Shown here one piece after another: positions 1-12,600 of a stretch of DNA of 64,000 nt. The DNA comes from Yuukianura sp. NJ FZ-2021 (taxonomy: Eukaryota). A model generated the notes under the pieces. That model was not told where the DNA came from and did not search any database. It was given only the letters and a program-made list of their open reading frames with translations. Positions within the stretch are counted from its first letter, which is position 1, and each line of letters opens with the position of its first letter. A program made the translations under genes and the position numbers. Where the stretch lies: the NCBI GenBank assembly GCA_046563655.1, contig CM102289.1, positions 5,270,001-5,334,000 on the forward strand, given 5' to 3'.

Positions 1-454
1 AAAACTTTTTTGTCACTAACAAATCAAAAGTCGTGTAAAATTTGAAAAGTGGAAATTAAAAGTGCTTGTAAGCTTTTTCTTTAAAGTCGAATGATGTGTA
101 AATTACAAATGAACATTTTGCAACATTTTTAAGAGTAGATTTTGAAGTTGACTTTCTCCAAAGCAGAAACTCTGTTGAAGTGGCATGTGTATTTTTCTTG
201 AAATTTTTTGAAGTTTCTTTGAAATCTTATCTATCACTGTATTGTGAGTGACAGATTTCGTAATAAGCCTTAAAAAGGCCCTCAACCAGGAAGTGAAAGT
301 AGGTTTGTGAGGATTAGGTTTTTGCTTTTAGGATCGATAAAAGCCTATGATCCTACTAACAAAAAGGGGTTTAGGATAGTTAGGTTATGTTGGAGAGAAA
401 GTAGGTTTTCTATTAGGTTGGAAAACGTTAGGCTAGACTTAGTTTCCGTAGTTT

Positions 455-624
455 CTAAAACTCGAGTCTGTAGGCAGAGCATGAAGTTTCATGATCCTGA
501 AGGTTGATGGTACAGCGTGAAGCAGAGGGAGCCAGATCAATACGCCCTTCGGCAAGGGCAACTTCCGAATCCACAACCCAGTAACCCAGAGTGTCCGTGT
601 CATAGGTCGGCACGATCGTTACCT
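455..624 (-). CDS. futsch: futsch coding exon 5 (C-terminus)
   Basis: Acceptor tttgcag|AG. Encodes (E)[55 protein letters not shown], with TAG at 457-455. Confidence 0.95.
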
Positions 625-3600
625 CTGCAAATACAAGTGCATTTGAGGCTAGGTTAGAGTAAAATTGTAAGAAAAAAAAATAGATTAGACTTTACCTAAA
701 TTCTTGTCTTCCCACTCTTGTTTTCCTTGCAGTAGTCCATCAAAGACCTCGCGACTGGGTTCCAATCCACTAAAAACGTAGTAGCGTGATCGAATCAGTC
801 GAAAGAATTCAGAATCCGAGTAATTGGAATTTCCATGATGAGGAACATATGCCAAATCCACATAAATCGGTTTCAAATTTTTCCCTTTGCTGACCGACCG
901 TGCTTTCGGTTTTCCTTTACCGCCGGCTTGTGAACCGGATTTTGGAGTAGATGGCGTTTTTCCGGAAGATCGACCATCTTTACGTGGCGTCAGTCTACCG
1001 TCAACTCCGCTTTCCTTCTCCAGCGTGACGTCATCCGGAGGAATGCCGGGCAGCCCAAGTGGTTTCCCCCACTTTTTCAAAATGTCTTCATCTTCGGCAG
1101 GTAGCGCAGAAGCTGAATCGGAAGTGCCTGGCTTTTGAGATGATGTACCGGTAGATGTGGCAGAAACCTGACTGCTTCCGAGTCCACCGCTGGTAACAAC
1201 TGTTGAGCTTTTGGATTCAGACGAGTCGTCACCTACTTTGGTTGTGGTAGTAGTTGTAGTTTTTGACTCAATGACAAACGTGCCAGACAATTTTGAAAAT
1301 CCCTCGGGTAAATTTGAAAACGCTTCGAGGCTCGGCATGGCACCGGCGTCACTCATGGTCACAAACGTTTTCGTTTCTGCCGGTTCGCTTCCGCCTTGGC
1401 TTGTGAAAGTTCTTGTTTCTGTCACTACAGTTCCTCCCGGTATCAATTTGAATCCTTCCGGTATCTGCGAAAATGCTTCTAAACCTGAGGTACCACTGCC
1501 GTCACTTCGAATTGTGAAAGTCTCTGTTTTGCCAGCTTCAGTTCCACCTTGGGTCGTAATTGTTTTTGTTTCTGTAATTACTGTTCCTCCCGGTATCGGT
1601 TTAAATCCTTCCGGTAACTGTGAAAATGCATCTAAACCGCCACTTCCGTCACTTCGCATCGTAAAAATTTCAGTTTTACCCGGCAACTGTGAAAATTCTT
1701 CAAAACTTGGTAAACCGCTGCTTCTGGTCAAAACAGTTTTTGTTTCTACCGGTTCGTCACCGACTTTTGTTGTCGTCGTCACTGTTTCCGTTACGGTTCC
1801 GGACTGCTGGGAAATCGTTTCCTGAAATTGTGAAAACGCTTCGGATTTTGAAAATCCGCTGTCAGCTCCATCTTTCGACAAAATGCCAATTTTTTCTGTT
1901 GATTTATCTTCATCTTTTGATGAAAATATGCCGGATCCCGCTAATTTTGAAAACATCTCAGGAATTTCAGAAGACGCAGAGAAGGAAGGTTGTCCAGCGT
2001 TTCCGCCGCCGGTGATTATTGTTTCAGTTTTAGCCGGTTCGTCTCCAACTTTGGTAGTAATCGTTTTGGTAGTCATGACCACGGAACCGGGCAATTTTGA
2101 AAAAGCCTCGGACATTTGTGAAAATGATTCCAGGCTGGAAATTCCGCTGCTCCCCGTCTCGGTTATTACTGTTTCAACCGGTTCATCTCCGATTTTAGTC
2201 GTTACGGTTTTGGTGGTTACAACAGTGCCGGGTAATTTTGAGAAAAATTCTAAGCTGGATGGGCCACTTGCATCTCCACTGGTGACCACCGTTTTCGTTT
2301 CTGCCGGTTCGTCTCCAACCTTAGTCGTTGTAGTTACAGTCTTAGTTACTTTCCACTCAGATTCTACCGGTTGTCCAGCGAAATCTTTATCCGTGGAGAA
2401 ATCTGGAAAACTTAAAGGAGATTTTGACTTTTCAAAATCAGCGGGAAGTTCTTTGTGTCCAGAAATGGGCGTGGCTTCTGTTTGACTAAAGTAGGCTAGA
2501 CTAAATGGTTGCGAGTCGCTAAATTCGGAGCTTTCAGGTCCCGATTCGGACTGTTCCAATGGACCTTGACCGGAAATTTGAAATTGAGTTTTGGAGCCAA
2601 TCAAATCACTTTCTCCACTCCCCATGATAAATGTTTCGTATTGATGAGAGGACTCATAGGATGAAGTTGATTGATGATCATCGGAAAGTGGAGGCGGAAA
2701 ATTTGAAAATGGAGCCGGACTTTCTTTTTCATCTAACCCTAAAATTTTACGGGCTTTTTGACTAGTTACTTCCCGCTCGTCAACGCCACACGGCTCAACA
2801 GTTTCAATCAATTCAGTAGAGTGAATTTTTTCATGTTCCAGCGTGGGAGTCAAATGGGGAATTCCAACTATCTCCGAGCCACGACGCTGAACCGTTGCTG
2901 TATGGTGGTACGTCTCTGGTGTGTCCATGGAACTGAAACGTCTTGACGAAGTTATTGACCCCCGCTTGACCCCTGGGCTTTCTGGTATGTCAAGGTCACC
3001 TATACTTTGACCCGGCTCAGCTTGACCTTCAACTTCCTGTTTCCCTCCCTTTTCTTGACTCTTCTGTGAACTCTGACTCTGGGAAGACTCGACGCTAGAG
3101 GAAGACACGGTTCTGACTCGCTCACTTTCCAACTTGAGTTCTCCGCTGCCCAAATATTTGCTTTCATCAAATTTTTCCAGGTCTGCTTCCTCAGGCGGTT
3201 GAATTTGCTCACTTTTGCCTAGATCTGATTCTTCTGGAAAAATTTGCTCAGTTATCCCGTGTTTTGATTTCTCGGGAGATTTCGATTCCAGTTTCGTGGT
3301 TGAAGTGGCTGAGACTTCTCGCGTTACCAAAACATTTTGAGCCTCTGAGACAATTTCTGACGTAAACTGAGACAAATTTTGGCGGAGCGTTTCGTGTTCC
3401 GTGACAAAATGGCCATCGCTGCCTTTTGTGGTTGTTTCTTTAGCTTTGTCTTCAACAGTAGAGAAAGTTTGGGTCTCAACTTTTGTGGTGGTGGTTTCAG
3501 CGGTTGTGGTTGAAATATGATCAGAGCGAGAGGGTTCAAGCGGCTCGTAAATCTTGTCCTCCATGTCCAAAGCAGTTGCAATTATTTCGGTAACTGTTTG

Positions 3601-6600
3601 TTCGGCCGTTCCAACGAGAGCTGGAGGTGGTGAAATGGCTTCATTCTGTGACAGGTCTGTACTTGGAAAGTGTTCCAGAGATTTATCAGCGCAGACTCCA
3701 CCGACTGACTTATGTGTCTCAACTATTGCGCCAAGATCTGATTTCAAATGACCTGAATCGACTTCTGCAGTGCCAGGTTTCGACGAATCTTGGTCAAACG
3801 GAGTTGCTTCTTTTGGTTTGATTTGCATCTTTTCAAATATTGGCTCTTCAATTGATGACTCGCTTTCCTTGCGTGGACGCGTGTCAGTTACAATCTGAGG
3901 TTCGAAAGAATCCAAAGCCGAAGCCATGCTTTCAACAGTTGACAGCATAATTTCTTTAACTTTCTCAAAAGTAGCAACACTTGCTAAACCGCTTTCACTT
4001 TTGACTTCATGCGTCACCGTGGTTTTTTCAAAAATTGGCTCCATGATGGATTCGGCAGAGTCAATTGGATGAACCTCTTTTGATTCTGACTCAGTCGTGT
4101 AACTGGATATTGGCGTTTGCGCAGTAGGTGCCATTTTCACTTTTTCAAAAATTGGCTCTTCAGATGTTGATGGTAGTTTTACTTTTTCAAAAATTGGGGA
4201 TTCAGTTGATGGCGGAGTTTTCACTTTTTCGAAAACTGGCTCCTCTGGCTCAAATGGCATTTTCACTTTTTCCAAAACTGGTTCTTCAGACGTAGATGGT
4301 ATTTTCACTTTTTCAAAAATGGGGGCTTCCGTTGGATGCGGAGTTTTCACTTTTTCGAAATCTGGTTCTTCAGACGTAGATGGTATTTTCACTTTTTCAA
4401 AAATGGGGGCTTCCGTTGGAGGTGGAGTTTTCACTTTTTCAAGAATTGCTTTTTCAGAAGAAGATGGCATTTTTACTTTTTCAAAAATTGGATGTTCAGA
4501 TTCTTTAATTGCTGGTGAAACAGCTACCGGAACAGCTTCGGTTTTTGAAGCTATCCTTTCTGGTTCCGGTGAAGCAGCTTTACCAACTTCTGGCGACTTT
4601 GAAACTGGAATTGGAGATTCGGGTTTATCAGCATCCTTTTGCCCATGTGCAGGAGAAGCGTCGCCTGGAAATTGAAGTCGTTCATCCAAGCCGAATTCAG
4701 ATCCAATCGAACTTCGAGTTGAACCACGTCGATCCGAATCCTGCTTTTCTACTGGAGTTGATAATGGTGGTGAGGAAGAGAGTACTTCAGTTTTTTCTGG
4801 ACTTGCGACTCCTTGCTTGTCGCTGATTGGTTTTTTCTCGTCAGCAGATTTTGATTCGTCTTTTGTTGGAGACGTTGTTGCTCTCACTGGACTTGCGTCG
4901 CGTGAAGACGTAAATGGCTCCACATTTTCTACTTCCGGTTGCTGACGGATAATTGACGCACTCAGGGTCGTCACGGCCGTCAAAAGCCCAGTCTTCACGG
5001 CTGATCCAATGAACGTGAGATCTCCTACGTCCTGCTCCTCTTCTTCCGGTTCCAAGTTCTCGTCTTCAATCAACCCTTCGTCTTCTTCCGACTTGTCTTC
5101 CGATGGATGTCGCTCGTCACTGTCTCCAACGTAGAATTTCGTCTTTTTCTCTTCTTGGGCTGAGGGAGTTGACTCGACCTCCTTCTCCAACTCGTGACCT
5201 TTGACCTCTGCCTCAGCCTTTTCGATTATTTGGGATATGACTGTTATTGCCGAGGAAGACACTGAGGAGTCATCACTGGATCGCTTGAGCAGCTCAGTCT
5301 CTGTTTCATCAGTTCCAGTAGAGAGGGTCAAAGTTTCAGTTGAATCCAACTTCCGAGTAGTTTCCACTACAATGGAGCTTTCTCTAGACACAGAATCCTT
5401 AAGTAGATCCATTGATTCGCTTTCTTCTGAAAATAATTTCTGAGGCTCAGCTTTTGCCCCAAATTCTTCCCTTTCATCTCCCGCCATCGACTTATCGCTT
5501 GAAATCGCTTTCTCATCGCGTTTATCCTCCTCAACGTCATCCTTCTTCTTTCCACCCGTTTCAACGACATTATCTTGCACGTCATCGCCTTTTGCAAGGT
5601 CATACGAAACGTCTTTTGACAGTGGAAGGTCATCTTTTTGTTCAATATTTTTCGGCTCATCTTCGGAGGTCATCTTCTCTAAGAATTCAGTCGGACCATG
5701 CTGAGCATCACGAATTACAGGCGGTGTCGACGGTGTAATTACCACAGACGTATTGGGAGTCTTGACCTGGAGAGGTGACATGACCTCGTTTTCTTCTTCA
5801 ATGACATTGAGCAGATCATCAGCATCTTCCTTATCCAAGTGCTTGAGCATCAGTTCATGAGAACTTGGAGTGGGCACTTTGACCTCTCCATGGCCTTTCT
5901 CAGATGCTGAGGAGTCAGATTCCTTTGCCAAGGGGCCGGGAATTACGACCGCCTTTTCGCTGCTTCCAGTAATGCTTGGAATGTCGTGATCAGTTTTACT
6001 GGTGGTGCCCGGAGGTGACTTGGGTTCAGCTGAAGCCGTTTGCTGCTCCACTTCTGCACAAATATTTGGACAGACCATAATTTCTGTTGGCTCAATTTCA
6101 CCAACTTTTGGTCCGACGCCAATATGGCTTCTGTCCTCGACTTTCTCTGAACTTTCGCCTACTTTCTCGGACTTTGTTGTGCTTTCAGAGGCTTTCTCCT
6201 TCAAATCTTCCCTTTCTTCTGCTTGTTCGTTCATTCCTTGTGCCACAACTGCAAGACTTTCGCCAATTTTCTCCACGTTTTCTTTGTCTGACTTCACAAG
6301 AGCTCCACTCGGCTCAACTGTTTTTTCTGGACTTTCTTTCTGGGCTGTTTTCTCCATTTCATCCAATTTCTCGGACTTCAGTGGACTCTCGGCCACTTTC
6401 TGTGACTTTTCTGTCAATTGTTCCTTTTGATCGAATTCTGTTTTTGTAATTTCGTCTCTTGGAGAAAGTTCTTTTTCTGTTTCTCCAAGTTGCTGAAGTT
6501 CCTGGCTTTTGGTTATTGGAGAATGTGGAGCTGATGAAGGAAATGGAATTCCAATATTCTCAATCCCATGTTCGTCGTCAGTAGACTCTTCGTCCCCACG

Positions 6601-9600
6601 ATGCATTCCAGCTGTGGGTGGCGATTCATAGAAACTTGGAAGTTCTGCAACCTCATCTGGGGTTCTTGGCGTCCGGCCTGGGAGTGGTTGCTTGGCAACA
6701 GGAACGTCGCCAGCAGAGTCGTGCTCCTCCTGTTGATCCACCTTCTCATGAGCAGCAGTCTGTTTGCTTTGCTCATTTGTTCCAGGTGAAGGGGGAAGGT
6801 GTTCATCCAAAGGAAGCATTTGCTCAGGCGAATGTGAGACTGCTTTTACTGGAGAAAGCTGAGACTCGATAGGGTGCGCCACTGGTGGCTCGTCTTCTTT
6901 ATGTTTTGTCACGGGAGCAGAAGAAAGCGTAGAAGCGTAGTCTAATTTGACATCCGGTGTCTCTTTACCTCCAGCCTCTGCAACAGTTTCTAGTAAATGG
7001 ATTTTGTCGTCTTTTGTTACGGGTTCGACACCTTGCTCTTCCTTTGTCTCTGGGAATTCTGTTGCTTCATGTCGCGATTCCTCGGGCACTTCAACCTTTG
7101 TTTTCTGGTTCAATTCAACCACCGATTTGTCTTTGGATTCAATTTTCTCCTCTGCTTTGTGGTCTACTTTCTCCAAAAGTGTCTCTTCCGTTTTATCGAC
7201 AGAGGGAAGTGCTTCCTCCAACACTTTCCCTGCTTTTTCGAAAACTTCCTTTTCCAAAATTTTCTCTAATTTTTCCTCTTTTTCTAAACTATTCTCTTTG
7301 TCTGAAATCTCCACCGGTTTGACTTCTTTTTCAACGATCTTCTTTTCTTTCTCCGCCGGTTCAAAGATTTCCTCAACCTTTTCTAAGACTTTCTCTGAAA
7401 TTTCTTCCGCTTTCTTCCCTTCTTTCTCTAAAATTTTTTCCGCCTTTTCAAAAAGTTCTTGTTCCAAGTCTTTTTCCGTTTTCTCTGGTTGTTCCATTTC
7501 TTTTTCCAAATCTTTTTTAGTTTCCTTTTGTGTCGCTGCTTTGTCGTCGACTACAGCCTCTATTTTTTCTGGTTTGTCTTCTTCTTTTTCCGCTTTTGGA
7601 AGTCCAACAAATGATTCCATTTTGGAAGTAATGAGTTCTGGAAGTGCGAGATCCATTTCTAAAAGTGCTTTCATCTGTTGCTCTGCTTTAAATTCGAGAG
7701 ATTCCAGATCTGCCGCTCTAATGGGCTCGTCTGCCCCTTCTATCTCAATTCCTCCAGCTGGAAAATCTCCCTTGCCAATTTGTTTTTCTTCTGCATGACC
7801 TGCTTCTGGAAGGGTAGAAAGCTCTGGACTCTGTGAAACTAGTGTAGCATCTTCCTGCTGTTTGACAACATCCAGGTCTCCCAGGGATTTGCCAGACACG
7901 GATTCACTAACTTTCTCTTCCAAAACTTTCTCCAGCCGCGAAGAATCGGGGGATTCCCGAACTTCTTGCAATTTCTCGGCAGATGCAAATTCTACTTGTG
8001 GTTCTTCAACTTTCTCTCTTTCAAGCTCTTCTTTTACTTTTTCCGGAATAGAAATAGCGACTGTGTCTGGCTCAGTTTTTGCGGAAGGTGAGACCGCGAG
8101 CTCTTCTTTTACAATTTCCGGTGACTTAGACGTTGGTGGGAATGATGTTACTTCGGTATGCTGATCAGTTTTAGGCTTTTCTTGCTTGTCTTCTTGACTT
8201 GAAGGAAGGGGAGCCTTCGACTCAAGAATTTCAGGAGCTTGACTTTTGACACTTTCGACGGAGGGCTCTGTAACTGCCGTAGCTTGTGCATCTTTAATTT
8301 CCTTGGCTTCAATCTTTTTCTCTGCTCCAGCACTTGCAACTGCGGCTTCATCTTCATCTACTTCTTCACTTTCTTTTCTCGCAACATCTATATCCTTGAC
8401 TTTCAAAGCTGTTGGCACACTTTCCACTTCGGCCGATTTTATGGCTTTTTCAGAATCCGCTGCATCGACAGCCCGTTCAATTGGTTCAGGAGAAAGTTCT
8501 GCTGCGGCAATAGTAGAAGAAATTTTTTCAGGAGAAAGTTTGGGTTCAGCTGAAGTGGTTTGTGGTGTTTCTTCTTTTTCAGCTTGCGTCAGAGATGTTG
8601 GAATTTCTGAGACAACTTCCTTAGAAAGCATTTGTTGTTCAAATTCGGCAGAAGTTTCAAGTTTTTCGAGTTCTTTTGCTTTGGGTGAAGCAGCAGATTC
8701 AGAGGTGGGAGGAGCAGCAAAAGTTTCCGTTTCAATAATTTCTTGTTCCAGTTCGGCCTCCATAACCACTGTATCGTCATAGGTCAATGTCACCTTCTTT
8801 GAAACAACAGGTTTCTCAATGTATCTTCCTTTCTCGTCAACTTCCGGTTCTTCATGTTGCAGTGGAGCTGCCAAGGGGGTGGCAGTTAATACTGACATTT
8901 GAGCTTCTTCAATTAGAGCTTGTTCCAAAGATTTCAAAACTTCTGGGTCTACTTCATCAAAGTCAGTTGAAATTTGAATTTCGTTTTGTTCCATTGCAGA
9001 TGGAGACTTCAAAACTTCTCGTTCTGTGAAGTCATCAAGTTTTCCTGGTTGAATGGGTTCAAACTTTTCGGCTGGGGGCAAAACTTCTTTTGCTTTGGTG
9101 TCAACCAGTTCCTCCAGTTTGGGTTCAGGAGTGGGAGCTTTCTCTTTCAAATTTAAACCGGAAGAAGACATTTCGGCAATCTGATCAACAGATTGTGCTC
9201 CAACTTGTTCTGATAAACTTATGGAAGATGGCGCCAAACTTTCTTCTGTTCCAAACTTTTCGTCAAATGCATCTATAGCAAGGTGGAGGTCTTTTTGCGG
9301 TTCCACTTTTTCTGGTAATTGTTCTACTGGTGTGATCGTCTTTGCTTGCGTAATTTCTTCCACCGGTTCAAGTTTCTCTTGTGTCTTTTTAGGCAATTCA
9401 TCTTTTGGTTCTGCAGCTTCTGTCGTTTTGGTAACAGATTCATCTTTTGCTGGTTTGTCTTCTTCTGGTTGGACTTTCGCTGGTTTGTCTTCTTCTGGTT
9501 GAACTTTAGCCGGTTTGTCTTCTTCTGGTTGGACTTTCGCTGGTTTGTCTTCTTCTAGTTGGATTTTCCCCAGTTTGTCTTCTTCTTGTTGGACTTTCGC

Positions 9601-12600
9601 TGATTTGTCTTCTTCTAGTTGGATTTTCGCTGGTGTCTCTTCTTCTGGTTGCAATTTCCCCAGTTTGTCTTCTTGTTGTTGCACATTCGCCAGTGTGTCT
9701 TCTTCTGGTTGGACTTTCGCTGGTTTTTCTTCTTCTTGTTGGACTTTCGCTGATTTGTCTTCTTCTAGTTGGATTTTCGCTGGTGTTTCTTCTTCTTGTT
9801 GCACTTTTCCCAGTTTGTCTTCTTCTTGTTGGACATTCGCCAGTATGTCTTCTTCTGGTTGGACTTTCGCTGGTTTTTCTTCTTCTAGTTGGACTTTCGC
9901 TGGTTTTTCCTCGAAAACTTCAACTTTCTCCAATTTTTGTTCTGCAGCTTCTAGTTTTTCGAATTTTTCTTCCGCAGCAATTAGTTTTTCTGGTTGTTTG
10001 TCAGTAACTCCCAATGTCTGAGACTTGTCTTCCGTCGTATCAGCTTTTGGCGATTCTTCATATGGAGTACTTTTCTCGGATTCTGCTTCAACCGGTTCAA
10101 CTTTTGCCATTTTTTGTTCGACAGGTTCAATTTCTTCAGTTTTTTGTTGAACAACTTCAACTTCTGCTGGTTTTTGTTCGACTAGCTCAACTTTTTCTGG
10201 CTTCTCTTGCACAACATCTATTTTCTCCACCTTCACTTCTGGCTCCTCAGTTTCTGAACTAACTGCTGCCTCCTTTCCCACAATTTCATTTTCATCATCC
10301 ATTTTTTCAACAGTTTCTACTTTTTCAGCCTCTTTTTCATTTTGAGCTTCAGCTGTTTCATTTTCCACAGAGTCTACTTTGGAAGCAATTTCTTGTAGTG
10401 GAAGTGCCACAATCGGCTCCTTATGCTTTTCTGAAGATTCTGCATCAAAGACTTCTTTCTCCCGTGTTACTTCTACGGATTGAACCTCTCGTTCTGTTTC
10501 CTCCTTTGCTTTCTCCACTTTCTCTTTCAAATCTTCCAATTTCTCTTCCTCTTTTTCCGCTTTAGCCAGTTTGTCTTCATTAATTCGAGATTCATCATCA
10601 GGAACAAGTGGAGGCTGAGCTTCTGCGTCAAGTGGGACTCGATCCTCAGTTTCCTCTTTCTCTTCAGTTGGCCTCAATTCCACTGCCTGTGCTTTGGGTT
10701 CAATTGAAGCTGGGATTTGTGGATGAGAGTCTCCAGGGACAGAAGGCCTTCTTACTTCCTCTTCAACTTCTTCAGTTTGTTGCGGTTCCTTGGCAATTTC
10801 CGAAGGAGCAGAATATAAATCAGAATCAGAAGGCTTAGTTTTGGCTCCTGCCAATTCAACCTTTTCAGCCGATTCGCCTGCCTCCTGAATTCCATAAATA
10901 TCTGATGGCTCATTGTCATATTCGAGCGATTCGGGAAGATTCTCAGATTCAATTTCGTCTCGGTCTCGCACCTCTAGGGAATCCTCAAGCTCGTCTTCTT
11001 TTCCCTCTGACATTTCAAATTCACCAGACTTTGACAATTCTAATTGAGACGCTGGAGGTTCATCTGGAGGAAGTGGAACGGCCATTTGAGTCGATGATTT
11101 TTTCTCGGAAATAATTGTTTCCTCGACTACTTCTTTTTCTAGAAGTTCAGCTTCTTTTTCAATTTTGGAGCTAATCTTGGATTCAGTTTCCGCTATTTCG
11201 GTTGCCTTTTCAATCTCCGCGCCCAAATCTAATTTACTTTCTTCCTTTTCTTCTTCAAGTTTTGTCACTTCTGATTCAGATTTTTCTGGCGACTTTTCTG
11301 AGATTTCTTCCATTTTGGTTTTAGTTTCCGGAATTTTGATTTCTTCAGTCTCATCTTCTGATGTAGACACTGTGGGAAAAGCAGGAAGAGACGAAAACTG
11401 TGGTTGGTCACCTTCAAGGTCAAGCGCTGACGAGCCACGTCCATTTTCATACCTTCGCTCTTCTTCTGGTTCAAACGAAGATTCATCCCCAAGAGACTTT
11501 TCAACAACCAAGTACTCGTCTTCTTCTTCGTCTTCTTCCGGAACGTCTCCGCTCAAGTAAATGTTTGCCTTGGGCGTTTCTCCATCAGTCGTTTCTGTAT
11601 TCGTCGGAGATGGAGTCTCGGTTGTGTATTCAACAGTTGAGTCAGCTTCATCCAAAGAAACTGGTCCAGAGCTTTCAATTTCGGAAATTTGAACTTGACC
11701 TACAGGAGCTTCTTCAGCGTTTTTGGCCAACGCAGAGTCAACTTGGATGATTGAATTCGGTGAGACAGAAGTTTCATCTGAACTGTTCGGAGATTTGGCC
11801 GAACCGTTCGTTTCCTCTGAAGCTTTTTCTTCAACGTCTGCCAGTTTCGAAGAGTCTTTCGGTTTTTCTCCAACGGCAACTCCAGCTGCCACTGCTGCTG
11901 CTCCAACAACAGCTCCGGCCGCAATAGTTTTAATTCCCGCGGTGCCATTCTTGCCTGTTTCTGGTTTCGATGCAGTCGGTTTTGAAGATGGAGGCTTTGC
12001 CGATCCTGGTCGAATTTTACTAACTGGCTTCTCCTCATTTGGTTTTTTAGCTGGTGCCGGTTTGGCAGCAGAAGCCGGTTTCGGTTTTTCTGCTGCTTTC
12101 GGAACTGCTCGGGCAGCCACTGGTTTACTCTCTTTGGTAACCGAAGTTACTTTTGTCTTTTCAGCTTCAGGCTTCGCTGTAGCTTCTTTTGATGGAGCAG
12201 TAGATTTTGGTTTTTCGGCTTCTTTTGGTGCAGCAGCAGCAACCCCGCGAATTACTTTTCGGTTCGAATCTTCCTTTGACTGCTTGGGCGAACTTGTCAC
12301 GGTTTTTGATTCGGTCGCAGCTGTTTTGGTGGCAAGGGATTTTCCAATGCCGTACTTCGGAACTGGAGCTGCTGCCGGTTTCTCCGATACCGGTTTATCG
12401 ATTCCATTGAGATCTTTTTTGGGACTAGATGGACTCGGTTCGGATTTACCTTCAACTTTCTCTTTCTCCTCTGCTTTCACTTTCACCTCTGCCTTTTCTT
12501 TCAGTTCTCCCTTCTCCTCTGCCTTTTTCGCCACGGGAGCCTTGGATACCCGGGTAGTAACTGGAGCCGGAGTTTTGCTTGTGGCTAGAAACTTGGATAG

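Noticed and set aside
9446..9910. Regular 30-nt repeats as a CRISPR-like array
   Set aside because: No unique spacers; it is an in-frame coding minisatellite in a eukaryotic exon.
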